A stretch of 32,000 nucleotides of DNA from Cupriavidus necator. Its GTDB lineage: Bacteria; Pseudomonadota; Gammaproteobacteria; Burkholderiales; Burkholderiaceae. The stretch lies in the NCBI RefSeq assembly GCF_016127575.1, contig NZ_CP066019.1, forward strand, positions 1,500,001 through 1,532,000, in the 5' to 3' direction. The notes under the pieces were generated by a model that was not told the DNA's origin, searched no databases, and was given only the letters and a program-made list of their open reading frames with translations. Made by a program: the position numbers and the translations under genes. Positions 1-9,009 of this stretch are shown piece after piece; the first letter of the stretch is position 1; the number at the start of each line of letters is the position of its first letter.

Positions 1-369
1 GATGCTGGAGGCCTCTATCAGTTTTTCTTGCGCGACCTTGGCACGGAAATAGCCGTTCTCGGGCGTCCGGTCGGTGCCGACGATGGACAGCGCGACATGG
101 TGCTGAACGCCCGCCTTGGTCTCCGCCGCATGAAGGTTGCGGCCGGAGGTCTCGAAGAACTCCAGCACCGCCTTGTCTTCAAACGACGGGGAATTGGCAA
201 GGTCGATCACCACCTGAGTGCCGGCGAGGGCCTCCTGGAGCCCCTCGCCAGTGATGCTGTTGACACCGCTCCTGGGCGAGGCGGCCACGACCTCGTGGCC
301 GCCCTGGCGCAAAATGGCGACGGTCTTCGAGCCGATCAGGCCGGTCCCGCCAATGACGACAATCTTCAT
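1..369 (-). CDS. NmrA-like / atypical SDR NAD(P)-binding oxidoreductase; 3' end cut by the window edge
   Basis: It is absent from the ORF track because it runs off the window. Hand translation from the ATG (complement of 367-369) gives MKIVVIGGTGLIGSKTVAILRQGGHEVVAASPRSGVNSITGEGLQEALAGTQVVIDLANSPSFEDKAVLEFFETSGRNLHAAETKAGVQHHVALSIVGTDRTPENGYFRAKVAQEKLIEASSI. It has a GxxGxxG Rossmann motif and a GGAGAA SD 5 nt upstream. It is a clear paralog of the N-terminal part of the ORF at 20897. Confidence 0.8.
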   Translation of the reverse strand, partial: MKIVVIGGTGLIGSKTVAILRQGGHEVVAASPRSGVNSITGEGLQEALAGTQVVIDLANSPSFEDKAVLEFFETSGRNLHAAETKAGVQHHVALSIVGTDRTPENGYFRAKVAQEKLIEASSI

Positions 370-511
370 GATGCTTCTCCGTGCTGAGGAAGGTGGAACG
401 ATTCCATGTTAGGGAACGCGGCATCCCCGCGCCAGCTCGACTCGGAGCGCCGGCTCGTGGAATAGTCACGGCGCGGGCTGCAATCGAGCAGCAGCAGCAG
501 GTTGAGGAGCT

Positions 512-949
512 TCATTGCAGCTCCATGCAGAAGTGGAGGCCCTTGGCGAGCAGGCCGGAACGGAAATAGAAGCGCTGGGCCAGCGCTTTCGCGAGTGCGG
601 TATCCAGGACAAGTCGCTGGCAGCCTTCTGTGCGTCCAAGCTCGCAAAGCGCTTGCAGCAGACGCTCGCCGTGACCCCGCCCCCGGCCTTCGGCATCGGT
701 GATCAGGTCGTCGACGTACAGAAAGCGCCCGTGGATGAGGTTGTCAAGACGCCGATATCCGGCCAGCGCAACAGCTTTGCCATCGTCCCAGAGCGCGAGC
801 AGCCGGTACCCTTGTCCGCGTTGCAGCATGACGGCGTCGAGGAAGTCTTCCGGCATTTGCAGCCTGGGGCGCAGTTGCCGCATGACAGGGAAGCAGGCAC
901 GGATCTCGGCCTCCGTTTCCGCATGTCTGAGCGTCAGGTTCTTGGTCAT
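512..949 (-). CDS. GNAT family N-acetyltransferase
   Basis: Track ORF 512..982 begins at a TTG. The ATG at 949 gives MTKNLTLRHAETEAEIRACFPVMRQLRP... The acetyl-CoA loop is present in DAEGRGRGHGERLLQAL. The same ATG context is conserved in the repeat copy at 3232-3234. Confidence 0.8.
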   Translation of the reverse strand: MTKNLTLRHAETEAEIRACFPVMRQLRPRLQMPEDFLDAVMLQRGQGYRLLALWDDGKAVALAGYRRLDNLIHGRFLYVDDLITDAEGRGRGHGERLLQALCELGRTEGCQRLVLDTALAKALAQRFYFRSGLLAKGLHFCMELQ

Positions 950-1078
950 GGTGCCGATGCGTGCTGGTTGTGCAGGCTTCAATGTAGTTGAGCGATGACA
1001 CAGTCAACAGGCACATGTTTATCGTTTTCAACTAGGCCATCGACAAGGACGGTATGACCTAAGAGTGGTTTGTCATGC
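912..1078. repeat. Copy 1 of a diverged segmental duplication of about 170 bp (DUF2798 3' tail + intergenic region + GNAT 5' end)
   Basis: Core 947-1059 aligns by eye to 3232-3346 with about 13 mismatches and two 1-nt indels, roughly 85-90% identity. The flanks align more weakly. Confidence 0.75.
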
Positions 1079-1289
1079 GATCGACCAGGCGGCGAATGAA
1101 GGGCGTGGCCGACACGACGACCGGCAGCATGGTCAGCCAGGAGACGCTCCAGGACCTTAGCCAGTGCTGAAAGAACCGGCCCTCTTCTGCAAATGGAAGG
1201 CTTGCGATGGCAGCAGCGATGGAGCAGGTCAAGCCGGCCTGGATAACACCATAGGCGAAATAGCTGTAGCGCGAAGGAATCTTGGGCAT
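1059..1289 (-). CDS. DUF2798-like small membrane protein
   Basis: The ATG at 1289 inside track ORF 1059..1397 gives MPKIPSRYSYFAYGVIQAGLTCSIAAAIASLPFAEEGRFFQHWLRSWSVSWLTMLPVVVSATPFIRRLVDRMTNHS. The pattern is two hydrophobic helices with KIP.RY at the N-terminus and W..W...P.V...P.IR.LV, as I remember for DUF2798. Confidence 0.6.
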   Translation of the reverse strand: MPKIPSRYSYFAYGVIQAGLTCSIAAAIASLPFAEEGRFFQHWLRSWSVSWLTMLPVVVSATPFIRRLVDRMTNHS

Positions 1290-1380
1290 GTGAGTCGCCT
1301 CTATGCATTCTTTGAACCAGACATTGATGCACCCTGCCATTGCCGCGCCAGGGGCTGTCGCCCCTGGCGCAAGAAGGGCG

Positions 1381-2106
1381 CTACGCGGCTGCTTCAACCT
1401 TTACTGCCAACCGCTGCACGGTTTCGTTGGTATCCCACAGCGCGTTTGCGATGAAGCGGAAGTTGACCAGTGCCGCGTGATATCCGTCCCCTTCAGGTAG
1501 CTTCGGCCCTGCTACGGCGTCGCGCACGACAGCAACTTCGAAACCTTGCTCCAGCAGATCCCGCAGATGAGATTCGACGCACAGATTGGCGGCCATGCCC
1601 GCAAGGATCACCTGGTCGACGCGCTGCTTGCGCAATTGAAGGACAAGGTCGTTGGCCTGCGGGCCGTACAGCTTGTGCGTGGAGCAGATGATGGTCTTGC
1701 CATCCTCGATATACGGCTTGAGCTCCGGCACGAAGTCCGCGCCCGAGTCACGGAATCCGTCCAGGTTCAGCGCGCCCGGACGGTCGAACATGCCGATGGC
1801 ATGCTGGAACATTTCGGCGGGGCCCTGCACTTTCCATGTGTGATCATGGGGAAAGTAATAGTGGGGAGAGATGGCGACCGTGATGCCCGCCTGTTTTGCT
1901 GCCTCGAACAGACGGACCAGGTTGGCCACGAGGTTCTGCTCCGTCACGCTTTCTCCCACCACGCCCCAGCTGCGGCCTTCGGGGCTCATGAAGTCGATCT
2001 GCGGGTCGATCACGACGAGCGCGGTGCGGGACAGGTCCAGCGTAATGCAGGACTTCGGCAGAGCCGGATCAACGGGATCTGCATAGGGGCTATTGTGGTT
2101 GCACAT
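1381..2106 (-). CDS. Isochorismatase-family cysteine hydrolase (no signal peptide)
   Basis: 241 aa with TALVVIDPQIDF (catalytic Asp region) and ILAGMAANLCVESH (catalytic Cys). An AAGAGG SD lies before the ATG at 2106. It sits 70 bp downstream of the hydrolase gene on the same strand, so it is probably operonic. Confidence 0.85.
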   Translation of the reverse strand: MCNHNSPYADPVDPALPKSCITLDLSRTALVVIDPQIDFMSPEGRSWGVVGESVTEQNLVANLVRLFEAAKQAGITVAISPHYYFPHDHTWKVQGPAEMFQHAIGMFDRPGALNLDGFRDSGADFVPELKPYIEDGKTIICSTHKLYGPQANDLVLQLRKQRVDQVILAGMAANLCVESHLRDLLEQGFEVAVVRDAVAGPKLPEGDGYHAALVNFRFIANALWDTNETVQRLAVKVEAAA

Positions 2107-2175
2107 GGGAAGTACCTCTTATGGTGGGCCCAGTCTGCCGGCGCCTTCGTGGGGCCCGGCAGATGCGGCGTCGTT

Positions 2176-3165
2176 TCAACTACGGATGAATGCCAACAGG
2201 TCGGCGTTGAATCTGTCTTTGTGGGTGTCTGTGAGCCCATGCGGCGCACCGGGGTAGACGATCAGCTTCGCATTCCTGACGAGCTTTGCCGATGCGCGTC
2301 CAGCGGCGTCGATCGGCACGATCTGATCGTCGTCGCCGTGGATGATCAGGGTCGGCACATCGATCTTCCTGAGATCCTCGGTGAAGTCGGTCTCAGAAAA
2401 TGCCTTGATCGAGTCGTACGTACTCTTGTGTCCACCCTGCATGCCCTGCGCCCACCATGCGTCGATCAACCCCTGCGACGGCTTTGCACCGGGACGGTTG
2501 AAGCCATAGAACGGCCCCGCCGGCACGTCCTTGTAGAACTGCGACCGATTGGCAAGTTGTGCGGCACGCAGGCCGTCGAATACTTCGATTGGCAGTCCGC
2601 GCGGATTGGCGGCGGTCTTCACCATCAAAGGCGGCACGGCTGAAACCAGCACCACCTTTGAAACGCGTCGCGCACCGTGCCGGCCGATGTACCGGGCCAC
2701 CTCGCCACCACCCGTGGAGAAGCCCACCAGGATGGCGTCCCGCAGGTCAAGGGTTTCGAACACAATGGCCAGGTCGTCAGCATAAGTGTTCATCTCGTTG
2801 CCATTCCATGGCTGGCTTGAACGACCGTGGCCACGACGGTCATGTGCAACGGCGCGATACCCTTCCGACGCAACGAGCATCATCTGGGATTCCCAACTGT
2901 CCGAGCTCAGTGGCCAGCCATGACTGAATACAACGGGGCGACCGGCGCCCCAGTCCTTGAAATAGAGCTGGGTGCCGTCCTTTGCCGTGATGTAGCCGCC
3001 TGAAGCCTTGCCGCTTGCCTTTGCGGTGGTCGACTTTTCTGCCGACGGTGCCGCCGCCGCAGGTCCGGGCAAGCCGGAAGCCACCAGCGCGCTGGCTGTG
3101 GCCGCCCCGCCCAACAACAGGTTACGTCGCGATAGGCCTTGATCGAGGCTGCGATCTGAAGACAT
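2176..3165 (-). CDS. Tat-signal alpha/beta hydrolase, non-heme haloperoxidase/perhydrolase-like
   Basis: 329 aa. The N-terminus [31 protein letters not shown]...AAAAPS carries a twin-arginine motif. The core has [17 protein letters not shown], the GFSTGGGE nucleophile elbow, GDDDQIVP and PHG. A GGAG SD precedes the ATG at 3165. Confidence 0.85.
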   Translation of the reverse strand: MSSDRSLDQGLSRRNLLLGGAATASALVASGLPGPAAAAPSAEKSTTAKASGKASGGYITAKDGTQLYFKDWGAGRPVVFSHGWPLSSDSWESQMMLVASEGYRAVAHDRRGHGRSSQPWNGNEMNTYADDLAIVFETLDLRDAILVGFSTGGGEVARYIGRHGARRVSKVVLVSAVPPLMVKTAANPRGLPIEVFDGLRAAQLANRSQFYKDVPAGPFYGFNRPGAKPSQGLIDAWWAQGMQGGHKSTYDSIKAFSETDFTEDLRKIDVPTLIIHGDDDQIVPIDAAGRASAKLVRNAKLIVYPGAPHGLTDTHKDRFNADLLAFIRS

Positions 3166-3177
3166 GGTGAGACTCCT

Positions 3178-3234
3178 CTATTGGCGCGTGCGCGCGTTTC
3201 CTTGAATATGTCTGGGCATCAGGTCCCTGGTCAT
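3178..3234 (-). pseudogene. GNAT 5' remnant (18 codons) immediately upstream of the hydrolase gene
   Basis: It translates as MTRDLMPRHIQGNARTRQ*, homologous to MTKNLTLRHAETEAEIRA of the GNAT at 949, then frameshifted. Its TAG stop overlaps the TAGAGGAG Shine-Dalgarno of the hydrolase. Confidence 0.55.
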
Positions 3235-3365
3235 GGTGCCGGTGCGTGCTGGCTTGTGCAGGCCCCAATGTAAATGGACGATGACTCAGTCAACAGGCAC
3301 ATGTTTATTGTTTTCGACTGGGCCATCGACATGGGGCGGTATGACCGATGGTTGGTAGCGCGTCG
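3194..3365. repeat. Copy 2 of the diverged segmental duplication
   Basis: See 912-1078. The shared core includes ...gtcaacaggcacatgtttat.gttttc.act.ggccatcgaca... Confidence 0.75.
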
Positions 3366-3368
3366 GCA

Positions 3369-3479
3369 GGCGTCGCCATTGCGCTCGACCTTGCTGCGCA
3401 GGACCGCCCCTTCCCAGGCTTCGATAATGATGGACGCGAGCCGCGCGGAATCAACGGTCAAGCGTCCCCTGACGATCGT
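3369..3479 (-). pseudogene. TetR-family regulator C-terminal fragment
   Basis: The open frame directly after the MocR stop reads TIVRGRLTVDSARLASIIIEAWEGAVLRSKVERNGDA. WEGA.LR.K.ER is a typical TetR (AcrR-like) C-terminal helix. There is no HTH part. It runs into a DUF2798-tail-like RATNHRS. Confidence 0.45.
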
Positions 3480-4913
3480 CTATGCTTTCAGCGCGCGCAT
3501 CAGCTCGGCAACCAGGCGATCGGCTTCAGTCTGACTGCGCAGATTGGTAAAACCCATCATCAAGCCACGCCGCCCGGGCGCACCCTGCCGCCAGGCGGTC
3601 AGCGAATGGACGGCGAATCCTGCCTCGCGCGCACGACGGGCCATCGCCAGATCGTCAAGATCGTCCCTGACGTCGACCAGAAGGTGCATGCCGCCATCCT
3701 GCAGGCAAACAGTGAAGCCGTCCGTTTTGTATGGAGCCAGCGCCTCGGCCAGCATTGCACGTCGTCGCGCGTAAAGCGTGCGCATGCGTTTGATGTGCCG
3801 GGCGAAGTGCCCCTGCGCAATAAACTCCGCCGCCACGGCTTGCAAGAGTTCAGGGCAGCCGCCATGCACCGTGCGCCTGCAGGCCAGATCCATTGTCGGC
3901 ACCAGACTCTGTGGCACGACCACGTAAGCGAGCCGTAGCCCCGGGTACAGCACCTTGCTAAGCGTGCCGCAATAGATCACCCGGTCGCATGTATCCAGGC
4001 TCTTCAAGGCCGGTAACGGGTGGCCGCGGTAACGAAACTCGCCGTCGTAGTCGTCCTCGATGATCCATGCGCCCCGCTCACCGGCCCAGTCGAGCAGTTC
4101 GACGCGACGTTGCAGTGTCAGTGCCACGCCAGTCGGGCTCTGGTGCGATGGCGTCACTACGGCCAGGCGCGCCTCTGGAAAATGCTGACACCCAAAATCG
4201 ACGTCGAGGCCATGATCATCCACTGGCACATTCCGGACCTGCAGGTTCAGGCGCCTGAGTGACTGGGCTGTCGGCGGGTAGCTGGGATCCTCAACCCAGG
4301 CGCTTTCGCCCGCCAGCCTGAGCGCATCCACAATCAGCGCAAGGCTGGCCGTATAGGCCGGCACGACGAACACCTGGTGCGGCTGGGCGTCGATGCCCCG
4401 TGAGCGCTGCAGGTAAGCGGCCAACGCTTCTCGCAGCGGGCCAAATCCGGCTGACGCCGGCCTGGTCAGCGAGCCGGCGCTGCGTACTTGCCGCGCCATC
4501 AACCTCGTCCATAGTTTCCGCGGGAACTCATCCAGCGCGGGAAGCCCCAGTTGCAACGGCGCGGGGATTCCACCCTCTGTTTCGATAGAAAACTCGGTAA
4601 GTTCCTGGTTCGGTGGCGTGCGGCTGGATCCAGCCGCTGCGGCCACGCGGTGGGGGCGCGATGGCGCAATTTGCTCGGAAACAAACGTCCCCGCGGGGCC
4701 TCTGGCGATCAGGTAGCCTTCGCCCAGGAGCCGCTCATAGGCGACCTGAACGGTCCCGCGCGCTACGCCTAGCTCGCCCGCAAACGCACGCAAGGATGGC
4801 ACCCGCTGCCCGGGTTTCAGTTGCCCTTGCCGGATCGAGGCACGAATCCGTGCATAGATCTGCTCATGCAGCGGCGCAGCATTGGATGGGTCCTGAGCCG
4901 GTGACTTCGTCAT
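3480..4913 (-). CDS. MocR/GabR-type regulator (GntR wHTH fused to a PLP aminotransferase-like domain)
   Basis: 477 aa. The N-terminal part LHEQIYARIRASIRQGQLKPGQRVPSLRAFAGELGVARGTVQVAYERLLGEGYL is a GntR HTH. A long fold-type-I aminotransferase-like C-terminal domain contains GTLSKVL, the position of the PLP lysine. Confidence 0.9.
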   Translation of the reverse strand: MTKSPAQDPSNAAPLHEQIYARIRASIRQGQLKPGQRVPSLRAFAGELGVARGTVQVAYERLLGEGYLIARGPAGTFVSEQIAPSRPHRVAAAAGSSRTPPNQELTEFSIETEGGIPAPLQLGLPALDEFPRKLWTRLMARQVRSAGSLTRPASAGFGPLREALAAYLQRSRGIDAQPHQVFVVPAYTASLALIVDALRLAGESAWVEDPSYPPTAQSLRRLNLQVRNVPVDDHGLDVDFGCQHFPEARLAVVTPSHQSPTGVALTLQRRVELLDWAGERGAWIIEDDYDGEFRYRGHPLPALKSLDTCDRVIYCGTLSKVLYPGLRLAYVVVPQSLVPTMDLACRRTVHGGCPELLQAVAAEFIAQGHFARHIKRMRTLYARRRAMLAEALAPYKTDGFTVCLQDGGMHLLVDVRDDLDDLAMARRAREAGFAVHSLTAWRQGAPGRRGLMMGFTNLRSQTEADRLVAELMRALKA

Positions 4914-5081
4914 AGCCTGGCAGACGTATCCGGGCAGTGCCGCAACGCCGATGCATGGGAAAGCGAATCATTGCCGGCGGTGGCAACGGATCGGATCTGG
5001 ATGTGATCTTGACCTCCGATCATACCCCAGGGCGCGCATCCGCCGGGACCCGGCCCGTGACGGCCTGAGAAAGCAAATGGG

Positions 5082-5102
5082 CGGAGATTCAGAGTCTCCG
5101 CG
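5082..5102 (-). terminator. Hairpin downstream of the GST gene
   Basis: gcggaga-ttcagag-tctccgc forms a perfect 7-bp stem 55 bp after the stop at 5157. The downstream tract on the minus strand is only weakly T-rich. Confidence 0.3.
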
Positions 5103-5156
5103 CATTCCCCTTCCGCCACAGGCGCCGGCATTGGCCGGTGCCATCGGGCTGGCGGA

Positions 5157-6200
5157 CTACACCGGCACCGCCTCCCCGCAGCGGGCCATGCCATGCATAT
5201 AGTGCGAAGGCGGCATGGAATCGACCGTAGCCTGGACCGCTTCCTTGCACAGGGACGGACGCTTGGCCAGCGCATCCACATATCGCACGACGTTGGGCAG
5301 GCCTTCCCACATCGACGCAAGCCCCAGATAAGCCATCCGGACCAGGTTGACACCCCACAGCACATCGCCGAGCGAGAATGATTCCCCCCTGAGGTACGGT
5401 GACGACGAACCAAGCGCATGGTCGAGGTCCGCCAAGAGGCCCGCGACGTGCCGACGTGCGGCGCGCTGAAATGCCGCATCGTGGCGGACCGACTTGCCAC
5501 CCCGCTCCTTCGCGATCTTCGCGCGATAGGCTGCAACCAGCTCCGCATCGTCGGCATTGGCGTCAATCATGGCTTCGAGTGCCTGGATCTTGTAGTCGTA
5601 GACCGTTTCCATGGCTGTCTTGAGCGCTTCAGGCCGCCGGTCGGCATCGGGATGAAAGCCGTAGAGCAAGGTGCCGTTCGGGAGCTGATCGACGATGTTC
5701 ACCTGGTGCATCACCCGGGCACGCGCATCGGCATCCCCCGGCACGAGATCAATGGGATCGCGCGATACCGCATCGAGATAGCAGCAGATCCGTTTGGAAT
5801 CGGCAATGACGCGGCCAGCCTCGTAGTCCACAAGCAACGGGACCGTGCAGGGATCAAAGCCTTCGGTCTCCACCGAAGTGCGCCCGCTATAGCCGCTGAC
5901 AAATTCCCGCCCCACTTCCCGGCCTGCAAGCAACCGCAGTCGGACGTAGGGCGGATGGTAGTGCTCGGCCGGAACAAGGCCATCCGGCCCCATCGAACCG
6001 AGGATCATCATATCGTTCGAACGGTACGGCAACTGCTTCTCGAACAGTACCGTGCGCACTTTCTGCGAGCAGAGCGAACTGGCGGCGTGGAACAGTTCGA
6101 AGCGCGGGTTGGCGTCACTTCCCACGAGAGAGATTCGCGCCGGGTCCGCGATGGCGGCACGGGCACCAGCCGCCATATTCGTCAGTTTGTCATGGCTCAT
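5157..6200 (-). CDS. Glutathione S-transferase family protein (long form, LinD/reductive-dehalogenase-like)
   Basis: 347 aa. FELFHAASSLCSQKVRTVLFEKQLPY is a thioredoxin-fold GST N-domain with a Ser/Cys active-site position. A helical C-domain contains SLGDVLWGVNL. An AGGAAG SD is present. It lies 36 bp downstream of the amidase. Confidence 0.7.
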   Translation of the reverse strand: MSHDKLTNMAAGARAAIADPARISLVGSDANPRFELFHAASSLCSQKVRTVLFEKQLPYRSNDMMILGSMGPDGLVPAEHYHPPYVRLRLLAGREVGREFVSGYSGRTSVETEGFDPCTVPLLVDYEAGRVIADSKRICCYLDAVSRDPIDLVPGDADARARVMHQVNIVDQLPNGTLLYGFHPDADRRPEALKTAMETVYDYKIQALEAMIDANADDAELVAAYRAKIAKERGGKSVRHDAAFQRAARRHVAGLLADLDHALGSSSPYLRGESFSLGDVLWGVNLVRMAYLGLASMWEGLPNVVRYVDALAKRPSLCKEAVQATVDSMPPSHYMHGMARCGEAVPV

Positions 6201-6236
6201 TGCTGGCTTCCTGGGACTCAGGTTTGGCGCTATCGT

Positions 6237-7613
6237 TCATCGTTGTCTCCTGGTTGTTGGGTTGACGTCTAGCAACTCATTTTGGGCGGTGCCCGTTCGC
6301 AGCATCAGCTCCATCTGCTGTGCAATCTGCAGCAGCGCACCGTCGTCGCCGGGCTTCGCGACGATCTGCAAGGCCGCGGGAAGGCTGCGTTCGCCGGTCG
6401 CCAGGGGAATCGAGATGGCAGGAAATCCCGCGACATTGAACGGCGCCGTATAGGTCATCAGCGCCTCGCGGACGGTGCCGGTCCAGGCGCCAATGCTGAC
6501 GGTGCCGGCATCGAGATGCGGTGCGGTGCACGGGCATGTCGGCAGCACGAGATAGTCAACCGTCGACATCACCTTGTGCAGCCTCGCCGTGAAATCTCGC
6601 CTGGCCTGCTGGGCCGCTGCATAGGCGCGCAGGTCCATGGTTTCGGCGCGTTTCAGCCGGTCGACGGTTTCCGGGTTGTAGTGCGTCGAGATACGGTCCC
6701 AGTCATTGCGGCGGAAATGCTCGATGCCGCCTTCGATCAGGACGATGCTCGCGAAGGCACCGAATACCGCATCGAACAGGCCGGAAGTGCTGACGTTCAC
6801 GCAGGAAAAGACTTGCGCCAGCCGCTTCATCGCGCCATCAAATGGCACCGCAATCTCAGGACTGAGTGGAACCGGTGCAATGTCACGAATGACGCCCAGC
6901 CTTGCGGACAGCCACGCATCGCTCTCGGGAACCTTGATGTCGACGGCATCGGCGAGCAACAGCACGTCGTCGACCTGCTCGCCGAGCAGGCCAACGTGGT
7001 CGCAAGTGGGCGCCAGGGGGAACACGCCGCGCGTGGATAACGTGCCGAGCGTGGGCTTGTATCCGACGACGCCGCACAGTGCGGCGGGAATCCGGACCGA
7101 GCCGCCGGTATCCGTGCCCACGCCCGCCATGATGGCACCGTGCGCAATCGCCGCCGCGGCACCACCACTGGAACCCCCGGGTATGCGTGTATGGTCCAGC
7201 GGATTCAGGGTATCGCCAAACCTGGCGCTGGCGGTTGTCACGCCCCACGCGAATTCGTGGGTCGTGGTCTTGCCTATGATGATCGCGCCGCGCTCCACCA
7301 GAGTTTTCACGATCTCCGCATCGGCGGCTGGCACATGACCGAGATAGGCTGCGGAACCGTAGCGGGTCTCCATGCCCTTGGTGTCGATCAGATCCTTGAC
7401 CGCAATGGGCAGCCCTTCCAGTGGCCGCGGCCGGCGTTCGCCATAGCGGCGATCGCTTTCCGCGGCCGCCTTCAGGGCACGGTCCCAATCGATCGCCGAG
7501 AATGCATTGAGCAGCCGCTTGCTGGCTTCCGCGCGTTCGAGCGCCTGCTCCGTCAATGCCGTCGCGGTGATCTGCCGCGTGGCAAGGGCATCCAGCGCGC
7601 TGCGCAAGCCCAT
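6237..7613 (-). CDS. Amidase-signature (AS) family amidase
   Basis: It has GLPIAVKDLIDTKG, the GGSSGGAAAAIA Gly/Ser-rich signature, and GTDTGGSVRIPAALCG. The start at ATG 7613 (MGLRSALDALATRQITATALTEQALERAE) matches the usual amidase N-terminus. The frame stays open upstream to ATG 7739, an alternative start. The rest of track ORF 6237..8336 overlaps the LysR gene and is rejected. Confidence 0.8.
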   Translation of the reverse strand: MGLRSALDALATRQITATALTEQALERAEASKRLLNAFSAIDWDRALKAAAESDRRYGERRPRPLEGLPIAVKDLIDTKGMETRYGSAAYLGHVPAADAEIVKTLVERGAIIIGKTTTHEFAWGVTTASARFGDTLNPLDHTRIPGGSSGGAAAAIAHGAIMAGVGTDTGGSVRIPAALCGVVGYKPTLGTLSTRGVFPLAPTCDHVGLLGEQVDDVLLLADAVDIKVPESDAWLSARLGVIRDIAPVPLSPEIAVPFDGAMKRLAQVFSCVNVSTSGLFDAVFGAFASIVLIEGGIEHFRRNDWDRISTHYNPETVDRLKRAETMDLRAYAAAQQARRDFTARLHKVMSTVDYLVLPTCPCTAPHLDAGTVSIGAWTGTVREALMTYTAPFNVAGFPAISIPLATGERSLPAALQIVAKPGDDGALLQIAQQMELMLRTGTAQNELLDVNPTTRRQR

Positions 7614-7739
7614 GGAATGCGGGGCCGTCGTTCGGGATGGGCGTCGGATGCCGTGCTGGTCGAGCGACGCGACAGCCGTCGGAAGTATGTCGTGGCCAGA
7701 GAAGATCGCGTCTTGTGGCAGGCAGTTCAGCTGATTCAT
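7614..7739 (-). pseudogene. 5' fragment of a Fe-ADH/maleylacetate-reductase-like gene, in frame with the amidase
   Basis: MNQLNCLPQDAIFSGHDILPTAVASLDQHGIRRP aligns with MNQLKCLPQEEIVWGHDVLRTVAPSMGNYGIRRP at 11041, about 20/34 identical and about 70% at DNA level by eye. Homology stops at the junction with the amidase. Confidence 0.6.
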
Positions 7740-7915
7740 GTATCCATTCCAGGGTGACGTTGCGGTTGGCTTATCCCTGGTTGGAAACGATAGTGGATCG
7801 GCTCGGCCTTGGCAGCTGGCTGGCGCCGAACGCAGCGTCCATGAATATGGAACGCCCGGCGGGACACACGGGACGTGGCCCGCGTGGCATTGGAGGCAGA
7901 GGAGGTAGTGCCGGG

Positions 7916-8827
7916 TCAGCGGCCGTCGAATGCGGTGACCTTGGGCAGCTCTGCGGCGAGGAAATCGACCAGCGACCGCACCGCCGGAAGCAGTCCGGTC
8001 CGATAGGGCATGAGGGCGGAGATGCGCGCATCCGCGGCGATCCAGCCCGGCAGGACTTGCCGCAGCACGCCAGCCTGCAGCTCGGGCCGGCAGATATACC
8101 CGGGCAGGGCTGCCACGCCAACGTTGGCGCAGGCTGCCTCCTTCAGGGACATCATGCTGTTGCTCTGGAAGCGTGGCTCGACCGGGATGGTGACGAGCCT
8201 GTCGTCGGGCCCGCGCAGTTGCCATTGCAGCGGCCCTTTGCGCACCATCGAGACGATGGCATGGGATGCAAGTTGCTCCGGTGCATCCAGGAGTGGCATC
8301 CGTTCGAGGTAGTCGGCACCCGCAAACAGGTACCATGGCGCCCTGACAATGGGCCGTTGGACCAGGTTGGAATCCTGCAGCGCCGAGGTATGTCCGCGCA
8401 GCGCCAGGTCGAAGCCCTCGCCGACAACGTCGACGAGCCTGTCCGTGGCGATTTCCACGATGCTGACCTTGGGATGGCTGCTCAGGAAGGTCGGCAGGAC
8501 CTGGCGCAGCGCAAACTGCGCAAGCTCGACCGCTACCGTCACGCGGATAATCCCGCTGGGTTCCGCGAGCCTCTGGCGCATCGCCTGTTCCGCGACGTCG
8601 GCGCTCTGCAGCAAGGCGACAGCGTACTGGTAGAACTCTGAGCCTACGTCGGTCAAGGCAAACTGGCGCGAGGTCCGGTTAATCAGGCGAACCCCCAGCG
8701 AAGCCTCCAGTTCCTTGACCCTGTGACTTAACGTGGACTTGGGCAGCCCCAGGCTGTTGCCGGCAGACGTAAAGCCACCGCGGTCGACCACTTGCACGAA
8801 GTGAAAAACGTCTTTCAGATCCAGCAT
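7916..8827 (-). CDS. LysR-type transcriptional regulator
   Basis: The ATG at 8827 gives MLDLKDVFHFVQVVDRGGFTSAGNSLGLPKSTLSHRVKELEASLGVRLINRTSRQFALTDVG, a canonical LysR HTH, followed by a substrate-binding domain. Confidence 0.9.
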   Translation of the reverse strand: MLDLKDVFHFVQVVDRGGFTSAGNSLGLPKSTLSHRVKELEASLGVRLINRTSRQFALTDVGSEFYQYAVALLQSADVAEQAMRQRLAEPSGIIRVTVAVELAQFALRQVLPTFLSSHPKVSIVEIATDRLVDVVGEGFDLALRGHTSALQDSNLVQRPIVRAPWYLFAGADYLERMPLLDAPEQLASHAIVSMVRKGPLQWQLRGPDDRLVTIPVEPRFQSNSMMSLKEAACANVGVAALPGYICRPELQAGVLRQVLPGWIAADARISALMPYRTGLLPAVRSLVDFLAAELPKVTAFDGR

Positions 8828-9009
8828 TTGGCTGCCTTGGTAGCGGTTGGGTTGGCCAATGGTGTGTGCCTGCCATCGCATGGTACTGCAAGGGGGGTGC
8901 GCAGTGCCACGGTCGGGCGCCCCAATGACCGCCGTTGCCGTGGCCGGCGCCCGCTCGCGCCACAACCGTCAATGCGCGGTGCGCCACCTCGGCCGGTTCG
9001 GGCAGTCGA

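Noticed and set aside
489-500. (GCA)4 microsatellite, and a C7 run at 15245-15251
   Set aside because: They are too short to be meaningful and are not associated with a start codon or promoter spacing.
1546-2643. Long ORFs lying antisense to the confidently assigned genes: 1546-2643 +, 5418-6272 +, 6282-7040 +, 7637-8641 +, 12303-13154 -, 14053-14916 +, 16099-17808 +, 21392-22633 -, 23858-25624 -, plus many shorter ones
   Set aside because: These are typical high-GC shadow ORFs. They lie opposite genes with strong family motifs, their translations are Arg/Ala/Gly/Pro-rich low-complexity sequence with no recognisable domains, and they lack start-site signals.
7740-8336. N-terminal extension of about 200 codons on the amidase ORF (track ORF 6237..8336)
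   Set aside because: It overlaps the 3' half of the LysR gene in another frame and is Arg/Pro-rich with no motif. Recognisable homology begins only at ATG 7739 or 7613.
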